From contig NC_068986.1 in NCBI RefSeq assembly GCF_001194135.2, positions 30,078,178 to 30,142,177 on the forward strand: a stretch of 64,000 bases of DNA, read 5' to 3'. This DNA is from Octopus bimaculoides (Eukaryota). This document shows positions 12,860 to 25,181 of this stretch, one piece after another. The position numbers and the translations under genes were made by a program. Positions within the stretch are counted from its first letter, which is position 1, and each line of letters opens with the position of its first letter. The notes beneath the pieces were generated by a model, which was given only the letters and a program-made list of their open reading frames with translations, ran no database searches and was not told the DNA's origin.

Positions 12860-13340
12860 TTCTTGTTTAACCCAAGGTCAGCCCTGACTGAATGCAACAG
12901 CACTTTGATAAAAGGTATGTACCCATCCAGTAGTACCCAACTCCATGTGTTTGCATATCAGAAACTATATTGTCCTGACATTGCATATCAGAAACTATAA
13001 GGCGGCGAGCTGGCAGAAACGTTAGCATGCCAGGCGAAATGCTTAGCGGTATTTCGTCTGACATTACGTTCTGAGTTCAAATTCCGCCAAAGTTGACTTT
13101 GCCTTTCATCCTTTTGGGGTCGATAAATTAAGTACCAGTTGCACACTGGGGTCGATGTAATCGACTCAATCCCTTTGTCTGTCCTTGTTTGTCCCCTCTA
13201 TGTTTAGCCCCTTGTGGGCAGTAAAGAAATAAGAAACTATATTGTCCAGTGTATCCCTCTAATTTTCTTTTCATATGATAGGATGTTATTTGAGGGAGAT
13301 TCAACTGCTATTTCTAACAGGCAGTGACCATACAGAGACT
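12860..13340 (-). repeat. Interspersed repeat family D, split by a SINE A
   Basis: gtttaacccaaggtcagccctga...atttgagggagattcaactgctatttcta; family recurs about 10 times in the window. Confidence 0.6.
12990..13232 (+). mobile_element. SINE family A, short variant, with TSD
   Basis: Well-preserved copy flanked by agaaactata on both sides. Confidence 0.92.
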
Positions 13341-14132
13341 GTCTAGTTCATGGTTAAGCAGGCATAAATCTAACAGTTGTCTAATGATAGATGATTATTT
13401 TCTTTTTTATGTAGCTTTTGTTGTTGCTGTTCTTTTGTATTAAATAACATTGGCCACATTGTAGAAATCTTCATTCAATGAAATTTTGAATTGCAAACAT
13501 CATTCTAATAATATTGGGCTGATTGTTCTTGGTTTTAGGACCAAAAATGTTGAACTAGAACTAGAAGAAACTGGGATTTGTTCAAGAAAATTTTTTAGTA
13601 GTTTATTAATTATTTGGAAGATGTTGGTAAAAGCTCCTATACCAATTCTGATAATGTATATGATGAGAACACAGGAATGGCCAAATTGTTAAGAAATTTT
13701 TTCTTCAATCATCAGGTCCTGCATTCAGTTCTACTGTACAGCATCCTGGGAAAGTGTCTTCTTATATAGTCTTGGGTTGATCCATGTTTTTGTGTGTGAA
13801 ATTAGGTTGATAAAAACTTTTTGATTGACTGTACTTTGTTTACAGTTGTGGTCTTATATCAGGTAAAAAGTTCATTACTTAACTAAAGTGCTCACAATGG
13901 TAATAACCATTATCCTATAGGAACCATTTTTGTTGCTAGATTGACATGAATTATCCTGAAATTTTATTATGATTCTCATTTGTAATTTCTATTTATATTT
14001 TCAAAGTACTCGTGAAAATTATAAACAATCTTTTTTTATCTTCCCTTTAATAAATATCAGACTTTATGCCAACATCAAAAGTCTTAGTCTTAGCTAGAGA
14101 GTTGCAAACAAAGAGCATTCTTTTTTCTCATT

Positions 14133-14201
<69 letters not shown>

Positions 14202-14212
14202 CTCCTTCTCTC

Positions 14213-14253
<41 letters not shown>

Positions 14254-14979
14254 ATATTGTAATAGTAGTTCTGAAGACTAGGAGTTAAAGACAAATGTAA
14301 AATACTTGTGACATTTTTTACTACTTAATTACTGCTACATTTATCAATTTAGTCCTTCCTCCTTGCTGCCCAATCATCAGAATAGATTAACATTTTTTTC
14401 ATTTTCTCTTTTTTATTATCTGTCCTTCACTTTTCTTCAACAGAACAGAGTTGGATACCATTACAAGACATAAACAGAAAGTTTGGCTCAAATCAAGTTA
14501 TCTCCGGAAATTTACCACGTATTATGTCAAAAAGAGTATTTACTTTTGTTTAATCTTGTAGGATATTGATTAAGTTTCCAATATCTTAATGGCATTTACA
14601 TCACTGACTCTCCAGAGACAAAAGGACAAAAAAATTCTACTTTGAATTTAGACCACGAAATTGTGTGATTATTAATCTAAATACCATAAAACATCGAGTT
14701 TAACTCTTTATCCTTTGAAGTATTCCAACTACTCTTTGAGTAGAATAATGGATTTCTTTTGAAAGGAACTGACATTCCTCTGATGGATAAAAAGAATATT
14801 GAATTTTCTCCATTATACTCCTGACAATTATTTTATCAGTCCTTGAAGATTTGGATGTGGATTAGTGAATTAATGAATTTTAGTTTCCAAAATTCCTGTT
14901 CTTTACCAACTGTTTTATTATCACTATTTTCTGTATATCCTCACACACACACAAAATGTCCCGTGTATATACATTATCA

Positions 14980-15150
14980 TTATCATCATTATCTTTTGAT
15001 ATCCATTTTCCATGCTGGCATGGGTTGGACAGTTTGACAGGATCTGACAAGCTGCAGGGCTGCACTGATCTCTAGTGTCAGCTTTGATATGTTTTCTATG
15101 ACTGAATTCTCTTCCTAACACCAAGTACCTCACAGCATTGTACTGGGTGC
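14980..15150 (-). mobile_element. RTE-type 3' tail fragment
   Basis: tcatcattatc...ccattttccatgctggcatgggttggacagtttgacagg...cttcctaacaccaa...gtactgggtgct. Confidence 0.7.
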
Positions 15151-15477
15151 TATTTTCCTGCCAATAACAAGTTATAAGAACAGGAAAGAGGCATGAAATA
15201 AATCATGTTTGTTGCCGAGACACTGCATCCTTTAAAACCTCCATGCTTCCTGAAATTTGCCAACACTACACCTGGTATCCCCCCCCCCACCCTCCATACG
15301 CATGCACACATGTATATCATGACTCATACACTGTTCACTTTCCTGGCTTTTGTACATAATTCTATGTACTGTACATGCACCTTTGATGAGATAAATTGCA
15401 CCTGAGCACTATATACTGTAATTTCATTATTATTATTATTATTACTATAGAACTTGAAGTAGATAAAGTTATAAACA

Positions 15478-15690
15478 ATCTTTTCTACTATAGACACAAT
15501 TCTGGAAGAGGAAGTTCGTCGATATAATTTACCCCAGTATTCAACTGGTACTTAATTCATTGACCCTGAAAAGATGAAAAGCAAACTCAGCCTTGGCAGA
15601 ATTTGAACGTGAAATAGACAGATGAAATGCCACTAAACATTTTGTTTGGCATACCAAGGATTCTACCCGATCACTAGCCCATTGCCTTAG
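15478..15690 (-). mobile_element. SINE family A, diverged
   Basis: aatcttttctactatagacacaa...ccccagtattcaactggtacttaatt...gatgaaaagcaaa...gaatttgaac. Confidence 0.8.
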
Positions 15691-16077
15691 TGTTGGCACT
15701 CCGTCACTTACAATGTCGAGGGTTCCAGTTGATCCGATCAACGGAACAGCCTGCTCGTGAAATTAATGTGCAAGTGGCTGAGCACTCCACAGACACGTGT
15801 ACCCTTAACGTAGTTCTCGGGGATATTCAGCGCAACACAGAGTGTGACAAGGCTGGCCCTTTGAATTACACGCACAACAGAAACAGGAAGTAAGAGTGAG
15901 AGAAAGTTGTGGTGGCAGAGTACAGCAGGGTTCACCACCATCCCCTGCCGGAGCCTCGTGGAGCTTTAGGTGTTTTCGCTCAATAAACACTCACAACGCC
16001 CGGTCTGGGAATCGAAGCCATGATCCTATGACCACGAGTCTGCCGCCCTAACCACTGGGCAATTGCACCTCCTAGAT
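15691..16077 (-). mobile_element. tRNA-derived SINE family C with 11-bp TSD
   Basis: Reverse complement of 17493-17885; TSD cattgccttag at 15680-15690 and 16078-16088. Confidence 0.92.
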
Positions 16078-16110
16078 CATTGCCTTAGATAAAGCTATGA
16101 ATAATAGTGT

Positions 16111-16338
16111 TTGACCCATTAGCATTAAGATAACTCTGTCAAAGGCAAAGCTTATTTATTCACATTGTTTTCAATTAATCATGCATTGTCCTATGGTTTT
16201 GAAGTTTTGCTGATGCGATTGTTTATTGTTAGATTGATACTGTAAAATATATGAGAGAAGCTGGACCTGGTCAGCTTCAACATAAAATTGGTAGAATACT
16301 TGAACCGGATATGGCTGGTTTAAATGCTAAAGGGTTAC
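16111..16338 (+). mobile_element. piggyBac-type MITE family P1, complete
   Basis: TTgA-CCCaTTAGCATT ... AATGCTAAAGGG-TTAc: TIRs starting CCC with a decayed TTAA TSD; no ORF. Confidence 0.75.
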
Positions 16339-17119
16339 ATGATTGAGCTAAGAAACCTTCTGAATGGAAAAAGTCAAATGCTGCCCTTCCATTCAAAGAG
16401 CTTTTTAACCCAATATTTAAATATTTAAATGCTATTATTCATAGCTTTATCTAACTTCAAGTTCCACCATTAAAAGTTATATATATACTCATTCTTACTT
16501 AGATATTTGCCTGTATCTCCGCAGCACAGTTCTTCAGTTGTCAGGGAGATATTAAAAACAAAGTAAAAAAATTCTATCAGCTTTGCCAATATGATTCAAA
16601 GGAAAACAAAGCAATCTGTCTGTCTGGTTTAGGTAGTTCACTTTCAGACCATTCCAAAGCACATTTTGCCTTCTGCAACAACTGTTTTTCAAATTACTCA
16701 CTTTCTGACAGAACGAAATTTTAATGTCTCATGTGTATAACATTGATATCTTGCTGATTATGGCAGCTGCCCAACCATGTCTTTGAGCAGATGGCCTAAT
16801 GTCGAAGTCAACAATCAAACTGCGCATTTTCACAACTCAGCACTTTCATATCAATTTACACCATCAGGTGTGTGCACATCTTTGTTTGCTTATGTATGCA
16901 TGTTTTGGTGTGTGTGTGTGTGGGGGGGGTGCATATAATGAAATTTGTCATACGAAGCGGATAAATGGTGGTGGTTGTCACAGTAGTATCAACTACTACT
17001 GCTACTATTACTGCTACTACCATGACTTTCTGTTTGCAAATTTGAGAAGGAAGAGCAATACTGGTAGCCTTTTCTACCTTTATAAGACAAATGAATTGAA
17101 GAAGTAAATGTAATTAATA

Positions 17120-17266
17120 TAGGAAGGGCATCCAGCTGTAGAAACTCTGCCAAATCAGATTGGAGCCTGGTGTAGCCATCTGGTTCGCCAGTCCTCAGTC
17201 AAATCGTCCAACCCATGCTAGCATGGAAAGCGGACGTTAAACAATGATGATGATGATGATGATGAT
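17120..17266 (+). mobile_element. RTE LINE 3' end with (GAT)n tail
   Basis: taggaagggcatccagctgtagaaactctgccaaatcagattggagcctgg...gcatggaaagcggacgttaaac. Confidence 0.9.
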
Positions 17267-17492
17267 TCAGTTTGAACATATTCATAATAACTAAAGAAAG
17301 AAGAAGTGCAGAAAGGGTGTTTCAAAGGGATTCAATTTAGGAGAGGAAATACTGTATAGTGGTTTTTAGTACAAAATTTTGGAGGCTGATACATAAAAAT
17401 GGGAGGAGCAGCAGAAACAGGTGGATCAAAAGATTTAATTGGTTGTGGTATATGGCAGAGTTTGGCTGTTGAAGCAGTAGTGATAGGGGAGA

Positions 17493-17885
17493 GTAGAGGC
17501 GCAATGGCCCAGTGGTTAGGGCAGCGGACTCATGGTCATAGGATCGCGGTTTTGATTCCCAGACCGGGCGTTGTGAGTGTTTATTGAGCGAAAACACCTA
17601 AAGCTCCAAGAAGCTCTGGCAGGGGATGGTGGCGAACCCTGCTGTACTCTTTCACCACAACTTTCTCTCACTCTTACTTCCTGTTTCTGCTGTGCCTGTA
17701 TTTCAAAGGGCCAGCCTTGTCACACTGTGTCACGCTGAATCTCCCCGAGAACTACATTAAGGGTACACGTGTCTGTGGAGTGCTCAGCCACTTGCACGTT
17801 AATTTCACGAGCAGGCTGTTCCGTTGATCGGATCAACTGGAACCCTTGACGTCATAAGCGACAGAGGGCCAATAATAACAATAAC
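17493..17885 (+). mobile_element. tRNA-derived SINE family C with 11-bp TSD
   Basis: Head ggcgcaatggcccagtggttagggcagcggactc...ggttttgattccc has A- and B-box-like motifs; (AAT/AAC) tail; TSD gataggggaga at 17482-17492 and 17886-17896. Confidence 0.92.
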
Positions 17886-17929
17886 GATAGGGGAGACAGG
17901 AAAGGTCCAGCTCAGTAGTAGGCTAGTAG

Positions 17930-18165
17930 TAACTGTTGTTGCTGATTAGACCCAAATAAGTCCTGACTAAAAAGTCATATGATGAAAGATAATCCAGCCA
18001 TGGCCATCCAGTTCTTTTCGTTTCATTTCGTTTTTTTTTTTCAGGAATAATAACGCTTAGACTATATTGTCCAATGTGTGTCTCTTTTTAAGATAGTGGT
18101 GTGTGGTTTTAGGGAAATTTGGCTGTTATTTCTAGCATGCTGAAGAACCATGCAATAGTAGCCCC
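17930..18165 (-). repeat. Interspersed repeat family D
   Basis: ccagccatggccatcc...tatattgtccaatgtg...gggaaatttggctgttatttctagc. Confidence 0.6.
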
Positions 18166-18259
18166 ATTGGCTCATCTTATAGATTTAGGATGTTGGAGTG
18201 TGATTAGCATAACTAGAATTTTTTTTTTTTTTAATATATGGAACACAATGTGATGGGAG

Positions 18260-18483
18260 AAGCATCATCATTATCATCATCACCACCACCATCACCAATA
18301 TCACCACTACCACCACCACCATCATTGTCATCATCATCATTATTATCCTCATCATTATTGTCATCATCAGTAGTAGTAGTAGTAGCAGCAGCAGCAGCAG
18401 TAATAATAGTAGTAGTAGTAGTAGTAGCAGCAGCAGCAGCAGTAATAATAGTAGTAGTAGTAGTGGTAGTAGTNNNNNNNNNN

Positions 18484-18546
<63 letters not shown>
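18260..18546. repeat. Compound (CAT/CAC)n, (TAG)n, (CAG)n trinucleotide array with a 10-N gap
   Basis: Visible arrays. Confidence 0.9.
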
Positions 18547-18547
<1 letters not shown>

Positions 18548-19122
18548 AGCAGATGTTGAGGCTGACAAATGGAAGGGGCTACAGTAGTTGTTGTAACGGT
18601 AGTGTTAACAAACAGTGAGAATTACTGTTTGTTGCAGGTGTGTAATGGAATAACGGTAGGCATCTTCAGTGCCTTTGTGAGTAATAATGATGGTGATGGT
18701 GATGGTGATTGGGGGNNNNNNNNNNNNNNNNNNNNNNNNNNNNNNNNNNNNNNNNNNNNNNNNNNNNNNNNNNNNNNNNNNNNNNNNNNNNNNNNNNNNN
18801 NNNNNNNNNNNNNNNNNNNNNNNNNNNNNNNNNNNNNNNNNNNNNNNNNNNNNNNNNNNNNNNNNNNNNNNNNNNNNNNNNNNNNNNNNNNNNNNNNNNN
18901 NNNNNNNNNNNNNNNNNNNNNNNNNNNNNNNNNNNNAGATTGTTATCTTATGTTTTAACTTTCCTTACAAGATGGCGATGTCCTGCAGCAATGAATTTAA
19001 TGAGAAGTTGTCAGAAAGTTGGGAAAGTTTTCCTAAGTAGGCCTGGTTCAGAGGAATAATGTCTGTACAAGAATATGAAATGTAATTTCAATACAAATAA
19101 CAATAGCAACAACAACAACAAC

Positions 19123-19154
<32 letters not shown>

Positions 19155-19209
19155 GAGCCATTGAAGTTTCTGGGTTATCGCACAACCTAGTAGAAACAGT
19201 TACTTTCCT

Positions 19210-19429
19210 AAGGCACTGAGCTGGTAGAAACGTTAGCACGCCAGGTGAAATGCTTCGCAGTATTTTGTCTATCCTCACGTTCTGAGTTCAAATTCCACCA
19301 AGATCACCTTTGCCTTTCATCGTTTTGAGATCAATAAATTAAGTGCCATTTACATACTGGGGTTGATCTAATTGACTGGCCCTCTCCCTGCAAATTTCTG
19401 GCATTGTGCCTAGAGTAGAAAAGAATATT
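19210..19429 (+). mobile_element. SINE family A, long variant
   Basis: aaggcactgagctggtagaaacgttagc...tagagtagaaaagaatatt. Confidence 0.9.
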
Positions 19430-20199
19430 TAGTCACATTCCTTTAAGTTTTGAGTTTATATCTTGATGCAGCCAGCTTCGCTTTTTATCTCTCTGAAGTT
19501 GAGTAAATAAATACCAAAACCTGGCATTATTACAGCTGGAATGTCTTTGATCATAAGTCTGTTTGATTAGGACTGACCTGGGGCTAAGAAAAAACTAGAA
19601 CAAAGCTCCATCCTTTTGATGCATGATCACATGCAATAATAGCAGTACAGACAGGCTATTTCACATTGTAACACTGGTTCTCATCTGATCATTGAAATAA
19701 TGCTAAACCTAGCTGGGTGGGCCCATTGGGAAACTTGGTGCCTTAGGCAATTTATAAGAGCCCTTGTAAGCTAGTAAAAGAAACTATTAGTATCATAAGT
19801 ACCAGTTTCTGAAATGTTACCATTGCTATAAGTACTACTAACATTATAATTGATAATAACATTGTTGAGCCAACAAAAGAATTTCTATATGCTTTTTTGG
19901 CCAGGCAGAAATAGTAACTAAACTCCCTCAGATCACTTTATACTGTCTTAAAGAAAGGACATGTTAGATAATATGATCTAAAATACATTATAACTGAAAA
20001 GAAAAGGTAAAAATAGATGGAATGGTCTTGGAAGGAATGACTTTTGGTCAATGATTTGCTTGATTAAGGTTGACTTGAGGCTTAGCAATAATAACAATCA
20101 CAATCATATTACAAAAGCTTTTTATTGATTTAAGAAATGAATAAACTTATTAAATACTAATTGGCACTTATGAAGTTACAGCTATAGATGTTACTGTCT

Positions 20200-20400
20200 T
20201 ATATTACTCTTTCTTCTTTTGGCAGAAGGCCATCAATTTTGAAGGGAGGGAACAAGTCAATTATATAGACATCAATACATGACTGGTATGTTATTTTATT
20301 GACCTTTGAGGGACGAAAAGCAGAATTTGAACTCATAATGTAAAGAACTGAAAGAGTTTCCACTAAACATTTTGTCTGTTGTGCTAACAATTCAGCCTCC
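20200..20400 (-). mobile_element. SINE family A, diverged
   Basis: gactggtatgttattttattgacc...gcagaatttgaactc...actaaacattttgtctgttgtgctaac. Confidence 0.7.
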
Positions 20401-20695
20401 TATCAATTCTGCCTTCCCTAGTGTATTACTGGTACTTATTTTTAGTGATATTTTCAGATTAAAAAGATAAAAGCAATCTGTGCAAGATTTGAACTCAGAA
20501 CTAGGAAATGGCATGGTTATACATTTTCAGACTAATTAACAGTTTTGTAGAGGAAAAAACAAAAAAAAAACACTTTAATATTTTCATTTACACTGTATTT
20601 CAGCTAATTGGATCTCTGGTTGTTATCAGGTCTGAAAACTTATAAATTGCATTAGCAACAACTCATTTCAGACATTTGCATTTAATCATTTATGA

Positions 20696-20930
20696 GAAGT
20701 AAGGGTTACATATCCAAGAAGCAGTGGCTGTATGTCTGAGAAGAAATGGTTACATGTCTCAGAAGAAATGGTTACATTTTATGGGTAGTGGTGGTTACAT
20801 ACCTGACAGAAAGTAGTTACATGCCTGGGAAGTAGTGGCAATATCTCCAGGAAGTGGTGGTTATATGCCTGGACGTAATGGTTGCATGTCTCAGAAAGAG
20901 TGGTTAGATGCCTGGGAAGTATTAGCTGAT
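20696..20930. repeat. Degenerate 22-bp minisatellite, about 10 units
   Basis: Units such as gaagtaagggttacatatccaa / gaagaaatggttacatgtctca / gaagtggtggttatatgcctgg; consensus near GAAGTAGTGGTTACATGYCTGR. Confidence 0.8.
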
Positions 20931-21429
20931 ACAAGCAAGATATCATTTACCAAAGTTCTTTCTCTGTCAGTTGCAAAAACTCTACATCTTATCAAAACGA
21001 TTTCTTAATTATAATTCCTAGTTTATAGAAAAACAAAGTGGAATTCTTATATAAGAGATTGGCTGAAATGTAAATGGTTCTAAAGTAATGGAGTGTAACT
21101 CAACACTAGTTAATTAATAAACAGTGAGTCATCTTACACTATATTTATGAATGAAATAAGATATTGCTCATTTGAATTAATCAACAACTCATTAGATTCA
21201 ATATGCTGTAATGATAAACATATTAAATCTCAATTTTTTTAAAGACTATTACTTCTACTGCTAATTGTATTATTTGTACAAGCAGGGTTTGTGTGGTTAG
21301 AAAGTGCACTTTCAATCACATGACTTCAGAGTGGCTCCTACTGGGTGATGGTTTAAACAAGTGACTTGTGCAATAGCCTTGAGTTGAGTGATGTTTTGTA
21401 AGTGAAACTGTACAAAAAAACTTGTTATA

Positions 21430-22310
21430 TATGAGGAGATAGCCAAAAGTAACTGGAAACGTTCTCTGTGGAACAAGCCTGTTGTAGTTCGGTTTTCTGC
21501 TGCAAGAAGCCATTTGATGCAACCTTCAGGCATCAGTCTGCTGACCAGTGTCATCGATTGGAGTCGTACTGCCACATGGTGTATCTTTGTTTTGCAGTGC
21601 TTCTCTCCTATTCGTTGATTTTTTGCACTGGCTGAAATGAAAGAACAGCATGTTTCCATGAAATTCTGTATTCTGCTGGAGAAAAAGGTAGCTGAAATAG
21701 TTGTCATACTTCAAACAGCTTAGAGGGATGCTGCCATGAGCAAAACACAATTTTATGAGTAATTTTCATGCTCTAAGAATGGTCACTGGTCGCTTGAAGA
21801 CCAACCTCGTCCAGGACAATCATTGATCTCCTGAATGAATGAAAACATCGTGAAAATTCATGAACTGATCTTGGAGGACCATCACTGGATAATTGACGAA
21901 CTAGATATGATTGGTGTGTCCTGGAGCTCTTGTCAACGAGTGAAAAGAGTTGCAACAAAATTTGTGCCTTGCTTGCTCATGGAAGTTCAAATGAGTCATG
22001 ATTAAATGTGTGTTGGGAACTGAGAGAACAGTTGATCTGGACTTTCTTTTTCAAAAGTCATCACTGGTAACGAAAGCTGGTGCTATGGAATTTGCAGATG
22101 TGGAAGAGGAGAAGAAAAAAGCAGCAGAGTCATTAAAAGGCATCACTTCACAAGAGCTCCAACACTGCTCTGAACAGTAGAAAATGTGTCTGGACCAATG
22201 CATTGCTTCAAATGGAGAATACTTTGAAGGTGATAAAAATGTAAACATGTAAAACTAAGTGAATAAAATAATATTGCAAAATTCTTGTTTCTTTTGGGTA
22301 CCCTCTCGTA
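21430..22310 (+). mobile_element. Mariner-family DNA transposon, internally deleted, both TIRs and TA TSD
   Basis: Left TA-tgaggagatagccaaaagtaactggaa against right ttcttgtttcttttgggtaccctctcg-TA. Decayed ORF from about 21637: MKEQH-SMKFC...DAAMSKTQFYE*F..KNGHWSLEDQPRPGQ...KRVATKFVP.LL...KVITGNESWCYG, then a jump to LKGITSQELQ...DQCIASNGEYFEGD. Confidence 0.9.
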
Positions 22311-24440
22311 TGTGTGTGTTTGTCTCTGCATGACTTCACATCACTAACAGTGCAAAAACAAAATTTCCTATAGCTCAGTAGTTTGATGTGTGAAACACTA
22401 ATAGAATAAAGTTCCTTATTTGCAAGAGAAAAAAGTTGACATACAAAAGGACATCCAGTCATGCAATATTGTCTCAAGAAGTCTTGTTAAACCAATATCA
22501 CCATGGTAAAAGATGTTGCAAAAACGATGATGAGGATGAGCATGATGTTGATGACAGAAACTTAGGTGAGGGATAATATCTTAGCGAAAGCAACAAGGTT
22601 TCAAATCTTAGGTAGGAATTGTTTTACTTCTGGTTAGCCCTTTTGTGATCATTTTTCCCAAAGACATATTCTACTTGTGTGTTCCTATTAATTTTGGAAA
22701 TAATTAAGAATTATGAAAGGATTCTATAAAGTCCTTTATTCAATGGAACATAAATTGACAGATTTTAACTCAAATATGAACACTTCACCCGCAAAGGTTT
22801 TGAACCATAAACTTTGTGGTGATTCTAAGTGACTTGGTATTGAAAACATTAACATGCTTGATAGAGGCATAAACCAAAAGCTCTTGCAATAAGAAAGGGA
22901 GTTTTAATGTCTATATTTATTATTTAAATCTATAAATAGATTATATATTTCTATCTCTAGTTTACAGGTCTTTAATTTATGAAAATTTTTATAACTTCCA
23001 AAAATTATTTTAAATTCAACAATCCAGAGATGGGGATAGGGGTAACAATATAAGAAACATAAGATTATACCATTCATAGAATTTATGAAGATCTTGCCAT
23101 GCATCAAGTAATTGGTCTAATCTATCAGCTTGCCTTTTTTTTTTTGTCTATTTGAAATTCAAATATTTTTAAAGGAATTTTAAAATTACACGGCTCTTTT
23201 TTTTGTTTTTGTCTCTTGTAAAAAGTGTTCCATCTTCTTCAATATAAAAAACCTCAGCAGTTTTCATCTCCACAAAGTTAATGTTACACTTTTATGCATG
23301 ATATATTTTACTCTATTTAGATCTTCGAGTAAGTTTGTCATTAGAAGCCATTCTGTTTTTGTTGATATTTTTTATTTGGAGAGTTTTCTCAACTTCTTTC
23401 GTTGATACATTGTTGTCCTTTTGAAAAACTTCATTTCTCTGTGTTCAAAAGCTAGATATCAAATCATAGTATTTATTATCAGTATTTACATTTTCCCTCT
23501 CTCTCATATTCTTGTGACTTCCATACCTAGGAAGAAAGAAAAACACGACAAAACAAAAAACAAAACTGACAAAAACAACATAGTTATCTGAATTTTATAA
23601 TTGTTGTTTTTTATTAGAGTGGGAAAGTATTTACATATGCTACAATGTTAGACTTGTTGTTTAATGGCATTTCATTTAGTATCTCTTTATTCTGAATTCA
23701 AACACCTTTGAATATAATCAGATAAGCATCAGTAGTATAATGGGGTAATTCAATTGACTATATCCTTCTCTCCATCGAAAATTGGTCATCTGTGTAATTA
23801 TAAAACAAAAGTAAACCCAAATTTGTTGTTATTGTTATTGTTATTCGCACATTGGGCCTATTTATTGCTTAATGTTATATTTTGTTGCCAGGGAAGGAAC
23901 ATCTAAATTACAGATTTCACTATACGCTGAGGTTTTTGTTTTGCTTTTTTCTTTTTTTTTTTCACTAGAAAGGCAAACTTACTCTGTTACTATCTTATCT
24001 TTTGCAAATGTTAAATGGATGCTAATTTGCATTAGAAAATCATAAAAGAAACACAAACTCTCAATGTATGGAAATAGAGTCAACAACAACTTTTATTTAT
24101 TAGAATAAGTTTTCACACAAAATGATTCCATTAAAAAGATAAATTAAACAATTACTGATAAAATAGATAAGTATATTGGTTTATTGATTGAAATATATAT
24201 ATATGTGTGTGTGTATATATATATATATGTGTATGTATGTATGTATATATACATATATATATATGTGTATNNNNNNNNNNNNNNNNNNNNNNNNNNNNNN
24301 NNNNNNNNNNNNNNNNNNNNNNNNNNNNNNNNNNNNNNNNNNNNNNNNNNNNNNNNNNNNNNNNNNNNNNNNNNNNNNNNNNNNNNNNNNNNNNNNNNNN
24401 NNNNNNNNNNNNNNNNNNNNNNNNNNNNNNNNNNNNNNNN

Positions 24441-24492
<52 letters not shown>

Positions 24493-24974
24493 CAACATTT
24501 TAATAATAAATAATAGTAATATACCAACAGATAACTTTATAGCTGTCATAACAGATAAGGAAGTCGCTAACTTGGTTTATAAATTCATTGATACACAGAT
24601 ATCAATACATAACTTGATAAATCAAATGAAATTATTGTCCAAGACTTTGTAATCCCATATAAAATGTTAAATGTCTCCAAAGTTTTCAAATGTTTGTGAT
24701 AATTCATCATTGCAACTTGTATGATTTTTATTAAAATTATTTTCTATTTCTTTTTCAGGTACTATTAAGTGGTAAGTATCTTCTAAATTTTACATAAATA
24801 ATGATTTTTTCAGGCATAATTTTGGTGGATGAGTTTTGGTTTCTAAAAATACTTAGAAACAAACACAGAGTTTTGAGGAATTAAATGGAACTTATGGAAT
24901 CTACTTCTGGAAGAGAATATCTACAACTAGTACTTATTTTCTTCTTCTTTTACCATTCTTGTTACAATTTTCTT

Positions 24975-25181
24975 CCTCTTTTACCATTTTTGTTACAATA
25001 TTCTACATTAATTTTGAAAATAATGAAATATTTCATAAAATAACTCTGCTATTATTAAATGGCATTTAAAGCAAAACTTAACATGAAATTTTGATTGAAG
25101 GATTTAACTAAAACCATTTTAAAACTAGAAGTTTATATTATTGAACCAAGGGTAGTTGCATGCAGATTGGTATCAAAACGT
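24975..25181 (-). mobile_element. MITE family P2
   Basis: Reverse complement of the 4385 and 38069 copies (tttgaaaataatgaa...aacatgaaattttgattgaagg...ggtatcaaaa). Confidence 0.65.

Noticed and set aside
17497-17570. tRNA-like sequences at SINE heads (also 33670-33738 and all family B heads)
   Set aside because: A/B-box-like motifs are present, but they continue into SINE bodies and lack a complete cloverleaf; not called as tRNA genes.
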